NCBI GenBank assembly: GCA_002104945.1
Contig: MCFH01000188.1
Coordinates: 1-19,341 of the forward strand
Reading direction: 5' to 3'
Source of the DNA: Piromyces finnis finn
Lineage: Eukaryota; Fungi; Neocallimastigomycota
Length of the DNA stretch: 19,341 nucleotides
The notes under the pieces were generated by a model. That model saw only the letters and a program-made list of their open reading frames with translations, had not been told where the DNA came from and made no database searches. Positions within the stretch are counted from its first letter, which is position 1. Every line of letters starts with the position of its first letter. The translations under genes and the position numbers were made by a program. Shown here piece after piece: positions 11,301-17,677 of this stretch.

Positions 11301-12930
11301 AAGGTCTATGAGGAGGTAACACTTCACAATTTTTTTCGTTAAACACTTCACTAAATTCTAAATATTGGGTTGGTACGGCGACCAATTTATCTTTATTAAT
11401 ATTCTTTTCATTATTATTATTACTACATGATTCATTATCATTATTACATGTTTCATTAATTTTCGTTACAATACATTTAACTTTTTTATTAAAACTAATA
11501 TATTCATCATCGCTGTCATCTTCATCATTAATGGTTCTAACAAGGCGGCCTTTAACATATTCTTTTTCTTCATGGTTTGGGACGGAGGAATCTACTTTCG
11601 GTTTTTTGGTTAAGCTTCGGTCGAGAACATCATGATCTAATTGATCATTCTTGGACTTCTTTCTTGGTTTTCTTTTTCTTTTACCTGTGTTACAGTGTCT
11701 GGCACAATAACCAGAACTAAAAGCGATTTTCTTAGAGTCATAGAAAGCATTTGGATTATGCTTCTTTATCCACGGCAAACCAAGAATAACATCAACACCG
11801 GGGACTTGTAATCCATAAAGTTGAATTACTTCGAAGTGATTTTTGCAACGGAGCATGCACTTCTCAGTCCTTTCCCAAACACTAACAACTCCATCACTAA
11901 CACCTGAAACACGGAATGGTTCCACTTTTTCCAAATTAATACCAAGTTCTTCAGCAAGACTTGGATTAATGAAATTTAATTCAGAACCGGAATCAATTAA
12001 AACCTTAATCTTAACTTCCGAAACTTCATTGGTACTCAAGTAAAAGTCCACAAGGTTTAAATCACTTTTCACTCCCTTGACTCCAACTTTGTAAATTTTT
12101 GGATTAACAATTTTTGGAGTCCTTTCTTTCACAATTCTTAACACTTTTCTGGGCTTTACTCTATTAGGACAATTAAATTTTAAATGTCCTGGTTGTTTAC
12201 AAAGAAAACATAACCCCTTTTTCTTTTCTTCTTCAAAGTTGTCTATGTTTTCATTGTAATTTTTACTTGATCCTTGGATATTCACATACCTTTTGCGTTT
12301 ATTTTCTCTACTAATTCTAAATACATCCACATCCATAGGATCGTTAGCCCTTCTACCATTAAAATAAAATTCACTTAGAGAATTCCTTTTCATCATATCT
12401 TCAACTAAAATAGTTGAAGAAATCAATTGTTCAATTGAAGTTGGGTTTGATTCAATGAAAGCCAACTTCTCCCTAAGTGGTGGTAATAAACCTTTCAGAA
12501 ACATGTAGATTTTTGCGCTGTCATTAAAGCTTGAATTTTGGCTAATACGTTGAAACTCGGTAATGTAATCTAATACCTGACCAAGTTTCCTTTGGCGAAG
12601 ATTATCTAATTTACCGTTAGCTACAACGGTATCGTATCTATAACTGCCAAAATTAGCCTTCAACCTATCTACAAATTCATCATAATGGTTTAAAACCCCA
12701 CTATTATTCTTCATCAACACTGAAGCCCATTCCAAAGGTTTACCAGAGAAGTATGATATAACGAAGTCGACCTTGACTCGATCTGTATTATACAGTGTCG
12801 GTCGAGTACGAAATACCAACTCAACTCTGGTTAAAAATCCATCCAATTCTCTTTGTTTACCAGAAAATATCGGTGGAGCATTAATAATGTTCCCCGAATT
12901 CCCAGAAACACCCACAGTCCTATCACCCAT
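8383..12930 (-). CDS. Element B Gag-Pol polyprotein (gag, CCHC, protease, RT, RNase H, integrase, chromodomain), ~1515 aa from the first ATG
   Basis: CFLCKQPGHLKFNC (CX2CX4HX4C), VLIDSGSELNFI, SYIDDILIYS, TDASNYAVG, YTDHKNL, HHDSVAAGHFG...CVTCC, IDFIVDLP/SDRGSQF/HPQTDGQTER, LGPFEII...HPVFHVSLLEPY, FYKLSWKGF..STW (chromodomain). The ORF-track start at 12972 is TTG; the first ATG is at 12930. Confidence 0.96.
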   Translation of the reverse strand: MGDRTVGVSGNSGNIINAPPIFSGKQRELDGFLTRVELVFRTRPTLYNTDRVKVDFVISYFSGKPLEWASVLMKNNSGVLNHYDEFVDRLKANFGSYRYDTVVANGKLDNLRQRKLGQVLDYITEFQRISQNSSFNDSAKIYMFLKGLLPPLREKLAFIESNPTSIEQLISSTILVEDMMKRNSLSEFYFNGRRANDPMDVDVFRISRENKRKRYVNIQGSSKNYNENIDNFEEEKKKGLCFLCKQPGHLKFNCPNRVKPRKVLRIVKERTPKIVNPKIYKVGVKGVKSDLNLVDFYLSTNEVSEVKIKVLIDSGSELNFINPSLAEELGINLEKVEPFRVSGVSDGVVSVWERTEKCMLRCKNHFEVIQLYGLQVPGVDVILGLPWIKKHNPNAFYDSKKIAFSSGYCARHCNTGKRKRKPRKKSKNDQLDHDVLDRSLTKKPKVDSSVPNHEEKEYVKGRLVRTINDEDDSDDEYISFNKKVKCIVTKINETCNNDNESCSNNNNEKNINKDKLVAVPTQYLEFSEVFNEKNCEVLPPHRPYDCEIKLKDDSTLFYGPLYPLTEVEREELKKYIDENLNKGFIRKSSSPAGAPILFVKKKDGSLRLCIDYRRLNNITIRNSYPLPLISDLLDRVKNAKIFTKLDLKSAYNLVRIKEGDEYKTAFRTRYGHFEYLVMPFGLKNAPATFQHFINDVLSDYLDDFVISYIDDILIYSNNIEEHHEHVKKVLKKLLENNLYVKLEICEFDVEKTTFLGYVISKDGLQMDENKIKAILDWPVPKNVKEVQSFIGLCNYYRIFIKDFAKIANPLHKLTRKNVAFNWVKEDQDAFILLKSLFTSAPILKHADSNKQFIVETDASNYAVGAILSQEFDGKLHPIAFLSKSLTSCQRNYPIYDKELLAIVVALEEWRHYLEGARHPFIIYTDHKNLTFPRKPEMLSQRQIRWNLFLSRFDFKLIYRAGKKSGKPDILSRRSDHLENNINSDVSCLTISFHHSDNKPLIDSILLELKNDDLYNSIVQFKMNGSACNAPIKNIDKVIIDNEGFLLYNNLIYVPKSLRTRVLELHHDSVAAGHFGIKKTTELISRNFWWPRFHSDVKSFIKSCVTCCKSKVPRHKPYGLLSPLDTPSRPWSDISIDFIVDLPKSRDMTTLMVVVDRFTKFAHAIPLRCLPTASIAADAFIANVFRLHGLPDSIISDRGSQFTSDFWSRLCDLLNINHSLSTANHPQTDGQTERVNGILEQYFRCFINKKQNNWVDLIPFAEFAYNNTLQQSINQSPFFANYGFHPKFSLEIPANDRPSRAEQRVIDMNENFKLLKENLEKAKETYKKYADMKRMIPPEFEVGKKVWLLKDSPGTNLKRKLAPQMLGPFEIIGKVSSLAFKLKLPKTMRCHPVFHVSLLEPYFENKFNDRSNRRKRNIHLNTDLIEKIPEKIEKMKSVNGETFYKLSWKGFDKSTWISEDQIPDKQLIQEFERNSKKSKYKSNDSSMKIRKNKVGNLIKHRYQPFVIEIPSRKDSL

Positions 12931-13030
12931 CTCTAAATTTAAATTTTCAAACTCACTAATTAAGTCCTCCAACGTTAAATATAAAACAAAATATAAAAAA
13001 TGTTTTCTTACTACTGTTTCAAGTAAGTAA

Positions 13031-13168
13031 TTTTTTTTTTTTTTTTTTTTAAAAGAAAAAACTATTTCTACAAAAACGATGTTAGTTAATACAAAAGTTA
13101 TTCAAACTCGATCTGTTATACAGTGTCGAACAAGTTTTGTATTATATAATAATAATATTAATCAGAGT

Positions 13169-13200
<32 letters not shown>
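13031..13200 (-). repeat. Two homopolymer tracts in the element B leader (A20 at 13031-13050 and A30 at 13171-13200 on the sense strand)
   Basis: Runs of 20 and 30 T on the plus strand, seen directly. Confidence 0.9.
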
Positions 13201-13205
<5 letters not shown>

Positions 13206-13215
13206 CTTCTGCTAG

Positions 13216-13463
13216 GGTAGCAACAAAGTTTCTTCAATACTCTCTTGAACCAAGGTAGCAACAAAGTTTCTTCAATACTCTCTTGAACCAAGGTAGCAAC
13301 AAAGTTTCTTCAATACTCTCTTGAACTAAGGTAGCAACAAAGTTTCTTCAATAATCTCTTGAACCAAGGTAGCAACAAAGTTTCTTCAATAATCTCTTGA
13401 ACCAAGGTAGCAACAAAATTTCTTCAATAATCTCTTGAACCAAGGTAGCAACAAAGTTTCTTC
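13216..13463 (-). repeat. 38-bp tandem array (about 6.5 units) in the 5' leader of element B
   Basis: Unit GGTAGCAACAAAGTTTCTTCAATA(C/A)TCTCTTGAACCAA starts at 13216, 13254, 13292, 13330, 13368, 13406, with a partial unit at 13444. No spacers. Confidence 0.95.
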
Positions 13464-13501
13464 GGGCGGTAGATATCCTAACGTACTCTTGAAGTAGTTA
13501 G

Positions 13502-13512
13502 GTAATTGTTAT
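13502..13512 (-). promoter_or_regulatory. Self-priming-type primer-binding site of element B (ATAACAATTAC)
   Basis: Abuts the 5' LTR. Does not begin TGG as tRNA PBSs do. Exactly complementary to the sense-strand sequence at LTR positions 13635-13645. Confidence 0.8.
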
Positions 13513-14116
13513 TGTAATGCTGACACAGAAAGAATAGATTAGGATATCTATTCTATTACAATAACACAAAATTTAAAATAAAATAAAAAATTGTTTTATT
13601 AAAAATATCTTTTATTATAATAGAAATTTTATTAATAACAATTACATCGATAAAATGATGAAAAATATCTTCTATTTATATTTTTCCTAAATACATTTAT
13701 ATTATATTATAACTATTTATTTCTTATATATTATTATTTAAAATCTACACTAAAATCTTAATTATTAATAAATATTTAAACTATAACTATTTTTAGTAAA
13801 ATACAATTGGCAATTCAAATTAAGTACTATTCAATTTGAATATGTGCCCATGTATTATTGATATATTAATCATTTATTATTTATTTATTTCTATGAAAAA
13901 ACAATACTAAAACTAGGGATTTAAATTGAGAATATTAATTTACTTGTTAAACATTAAAAATAAATTAATAATTTATTTTGTTTTAAACTTTAATTATTAA
14001 TAAATAAATTATGTCTCATTTTCTTTTTCTGAATATAATTTGTGTAACTTAAACAATAATACTTGTGGCTTAAGTTACATTAAAGATATCAAACAGAGGC
14101 GTTTGATATCTTTACA
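13513..14116 (-). repeat. 5' LTR of element B
   Basis: Identical to 7743-8346. Confidence 0.97.
13673..13680 (-). promoter_or_regulatory. Candidate TATA box (TATAAATA) of the element B promoter
   Basis: Lies 28-35 nt upstream of the transcript 5' end (13645) predicted independently from self-priming complementarity. The AT-rich background limits specificity. Confidence 0.55.
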
Positions 14117-14705
14117 CAAAGGCACTAGATTGACGGTACAACGTTTCTTGGTTGTTTAGCACTTGCTGGTGGTCTTGTAACCTTTCCTCATGTTCTGCAG
14201 TAAAGGCATTTTCCACAGCATGCAGCTCTTCCAAGCTAACTTGGCTAGCTGACTCATTTGCTTCCAACCTTTGATCCACTTCAACAAATTTTTGCTGAAG
14301 AGCATCGTTTATCTCGCTCTTGTAAACCTCAATACCCCGAAGTTGTTCTTCCATAGCACCCAGACGGTTTCCCATACTAGCAAACTGGCTAGATATTTCC
14401 GAAACCCATCTATTAAGAAGAACTTCAATGTGTTGCATTGGGTTTACCTCACTATTACTAGTAAAAAAGAAAGAAGGATCAACAGGGGCGGGCATAGAAT
14501 CCCCCTGTTGAACCTGTAAATTCTGATTAGATTCGACCTCAGTGCTTTCGAGAAGCACCGGGGTTCGAACCCGTGACATTCCCTCTACACCATCCATGCC
14601 ATCCGCGCTCGCCGCGTCAGGACGGGTCCCGTCCCTTACGAATGATGTTTTTGTGTCCAATTTATGGACACCCCGAGGGTTAGGTGACTTACCTGTGTTT
14701 TTCAT
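14117..14705 (-). pseudogene. Element A gag N-terminal part (disordered then coiled-coil-like), cut by element B
   Basis: ATG at 14705, about 300 bp downstream of the 5' LTR. The frame is open to the TSD and stops only inside the B LTR (GTG TAA). E/Q-rich helical composition continues in the 6004-7737 segment. Confidence 0.8.
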
Positions 14706-14996
14706 TTCTAGCTCGAAAATAAATTCTTTTAATAAATTAAAGAATTTATTATATAAAATATGGTTATAATGAATTTTAAAATTTAAAAATAATGAATTTT
14801 TTATTGCTAAACTATTAAAAAATAATTATTTTTAATAATAAATTTACTTCTTTTAAATATAATATTTGAATATTATATAAAATATTGTAAATAATTATTA
14901 TTAATCAATAATTTAAATAAAATAAAATATGTTTTTTAAGAACTTTTAATAACACTAACCTAATTAAAACTAAGCTAACGTAAGAACTTACTATAA

Positions 14997-15007
14997 AGCG
15001 TTAGTAT
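14997..15007 (-). promoter_or_regulatory. Self-priming-type primer-binding site of element A (ATACTAACGCT)
   Basis: Abuts the 5' LTR. Exactly complementary to the sense-strand sequence at LTR positions 15279-15289. Not a TGG-type tRNA PBS. Confidence 0.8.
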
Positions 15008-15500
15008 TGTAAAAGGTTTCTTATAATATTAGTTAATAGGTTATTAATTAGTTAATTAAGTTAGTTATTACCTCTCTATACGAGTTAATAACTAAATAAA
15101 GTTTTATAAAAAATAATAAAAGAAAGAAAATAAATATTATAACACAAGAATAAATACAAGTATATATAAATATTATTATGAAATAAATTTACTTAAATAA
15201 TTAATTTTAATTATATCTTTTATTTATTAATTATAATTATAATACATTAATTATTATTATAGTTACTAATTTACTTTAATACTAACGCTAAAGTATTTAA
15301 CGTTAGTTTTAACTATACTATTTAACTATATTAGTTTATTTTCTTTACCACTTGATTGGGTAAAGTAAATAAACTTCCTATTTAATTAATAACCATTAAT
15401 ATATGGTTATACATATATCTGGCCAATAAATGGTGACCAGAATATATGGTTTCAATTGAAATGTTTGTGGGCAAACTTATGGCCACAAATATTTCTTACA
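15008..15500 (-). repeat. 5' LTR of element A (493 bp)
   Basis: TGTAAAAGG...TTCTTACA, colinear with 1218-1664 plus 2765-2813. Confidence 0.93.
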
Positions 15501-16068
15501 ATTGGTACGTATTATTTAATAATACCATAAATTTAATTATTTATTTTATTTCCAGGAGTCGAACAAAAGGGATTTATACAAAATAATATATTCTAATAAA
15601 AGAATAAAAAAAATGATTATTTGTATATTTATTTATATTATAACTAATAATTATTTTTTAGTGTTATTAATTATTTTGCTTTTACTTTTATTATTTTTAA
15701 CAATTTATACACAAAGTATTTGAATATAAGAAAAAAAAAGGATTAAACATAAAAAAAATCTTATTTGTAACTTTCTCTTTTATTTTATTAATAAAAATAA
15801 TTTTAAGTACATTTATATATTTAATATAAAAAAATATTTTTAGTTAAAACAGATATAAAACTTCTCAATAATTAATTATATTTATCAAAGAACTCCCTTT
15901 TCTTAATAAAAGTGAATTTTTGTTATTTTTATATAAAATTTTTATAATATTTTATTGGTTATTCAATAATAGATTAAATTATTATTTTTCTTAAATAATT
16001 GCTAACCCTTAAAAATAACTATATAAATTTAATATTTTTAACTATATAATTTTATCACGTATCAACAA

Positions 16069-16697
16069 TGATAACGGATTGGTAGTTATATTACAACTTT
16101 TTAAACTACTTATTCGTTACCTTATATTGTTTTATCTCGACAGCTATTGTACGAGCTTTAACAATATCTACTTGTTTTATTATTTATTTAATTTATTTTA
16201 TAATATTTTATAATATTTATAGTTTTATTATTTAATAATATTTATATAGAATAATAACACCAGATTTATTCTATAAAATATTATTTATTATTAACACAAT
16301 AATTACAAACTAGACAAGTTTAATTTCGTTTTTATATTTTCTTTTATTTATTGTTTTTATACTTTTTTTTAACAATAATTTTATTATATAAAAACTTATT
16401 TTTGTCTTTTAATTATTATTATGTATTATTTAACTAACTATATTAACTATTATTAAAAATTCAACTTATTATTAATAATCTAAGTCTTCTCATTTTTTAC
16501 TAAAAATTATTATTATTCTTTATATTAAAAATTATTTTTATAATTTAACCCAATCAAATATATAAATTTATAAAATATTTGATTTTATGTAAATTATATT
16601 TTTATAATAAACTATATAAAATTATTTAATAATTATTTTATAATAAAATTTTCTACTAATATCAAATTTATAATATATTTATAATTATTATTTATCA
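16069..16697 (-). repeat. Putative 3' LTR of element D (629 bp)
   Basis: Bounded by a 6-bp inverted repeat TGATAA...TTATCA and directly preceded on the minus strand by a PPT-like tract. No partner LTR in the window. Confidence 0.5.
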
Positions 16698-16712
16698 AGA
16701 TTTCCTCCCCTA
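16698..16712 (-). promoter_or_regulatory. Putative polypurine tract of element D
   Basis: Minus strand TAGGGGAGGAAATCT followed by TGATAA. It is a conspicuous G-rich purine run in otherwise very AT-rich sequence and resembles the TTAGGGGGCAT of element A. Confidence 0.55.
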
Positions 16713-16806
16713 AGATACGACTTAGTGGTAGCTGATAAAATATTCATAAATAATAATAAATATATAAGTTTTTGATATTTTTATACTAAATATTTAAAAA
16801 TTTAAA

Positions 16807-16844
16807 TTTTTTTTTTTTTTTTTCTATATATATATATATATATA
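16807..16844. repeat. T17 run followed by (TA)10 microsatellite
   Basis: Seen directly. Confidence 0.85.
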
Positions 16845-17677
16845 TGATAAAATAATATAAAATAAGGTTTATAAAAAAAATGATGAAAAATTTGAAAATT
16901 TTTATTAATAAAATTTCTTTTTCAAAGAGAAATAAAAAAAATGAAGTGAAATTTTGTTAAATGTCGTAGTGTAAATATTTTTGTGTTTTTACATATTTTT
17001 GTAATGTAATTGTCGTATTATTTGTATATAAATGTTTAATGTGGTTTTATCTTTCTTTAAACTTTGAAAATAGATGAAATTTTGATTTTAATATGTCGAA
17101 ATAATGTCGTTTTAAAATTGAAGTTACTGATTTGATATAATCTTTTAGATTGAAAATAATTGAATTTGAAATACTTTCTTTTACACTTTTTATTATACTG
17201 AAATATATATTCTTAAACGAATTATTTGATGAATTTTTGATTATATCATTTGTTTATTTCGCTTTTTTCTTGATTTTAATTTCCTGTTAATATTAATATT
17301 CAAATGATTATATTTTAGAATTTTACTTTTATTTTTATATATCTTGATTTTGTGGCATTTTTCGTGAATAATTGGCGTTTTTTCTGCTTCATCACGGCCG
17401 ACAAGATTTGACTTATTAATTGAAAATTTAATAAGTGAATCGTTTTTAATTCTTTTTGGAAATTTGCTGAAATTTGAATGAAAAATGTGATATTTGGATA
17501 AAAATATTTATTTTTAAATTTGAATAAATGTCGAAATTTAATTGAATATAAAAGTTTGTTTTTATTGTTAAAAGTCGAATTAAAATTTTGAATTTTGATA
17601 TTATTATTAAATGAATTAAATTGAGATTCATTAATATTTGATGGATTGAAACAATGAATCATTGAAATATTTGAAGA

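Larger units (their letters stand above)
7743..14116 (-). mobile_element. Element B: intact, very recent Ty3/Gypsy chromovirus (6374 bp)
   Basis: Two 604-bp LTRs that I read as identical. Perfect TSD CAAAG (7738-7742 and 14117-14121). PPT, PBS and an uninterrupted gag-pol ORF. Confidence 0.97.
1218..15500 (-). mobile_element. Element A: Ty3/Gypsy chromovirus-type LTR retrotransposon (Tf1-like), disrupted by nested insertions B and C
   Basis: Paired LTRs TGTAAAAGG...TTCTTACA at 1218-2813 (interrupted) and 15008-15500. PPT next to the left LTR. Internal order gag-PR-RT-RNaseH-IN-chromodomain on the minus strand. Flanks ATTTC (1213-1217) and ATTGG (15501-15505) do not form a perfect TSD. Confidence 0.93.

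Noticed and set aside
3665-13030. Short antisense or alternative-frame ORFs (3665-4042, 4455-4652, 4511-4696, 6377-6643, 7483-7677, 8270-8554, 9228-9476, 10461-10697, 11843-12043, 12773-13030)
   Set aside because: They are shadows of the gag-pol frames with no recognisable motifs.
13216-13463. CRISPR array
   Set aside because: Units are contiguous with no unique spacers, there are no cas genes, and the array lies in a eukaryotic retrotransposon leader.
14521-14575. tRNA-like sequence (GTGCT-TTCGAGA-AGCAC stem-loop followed by GGGTTCGAACCC)
   Set aside because: No D-arm, acceptor stem or variable loop, the T-stem pairs only 2-4 bp, and it lies inside the open gag frame of A.
14271-14769. ORFs 14271-14519 (+) and 14542-14769 (+)
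   Set aside because: Antisense shadows of the A gag N-terminus with no independent support.
15501-16068. Possible gene or element between A and the putative D LTR
   Set aside because: No ORF or bounded repeat structure found.
17315-17662. 115-aa ORF (and the overlapping 61-aa ORF) as a gene or as the RT of element D
   Set aside because: Low-complexity N/F/I/K composition expected from AT-rich DNA, with no RT motifs. At most a low-complexity tail of the D ORF.
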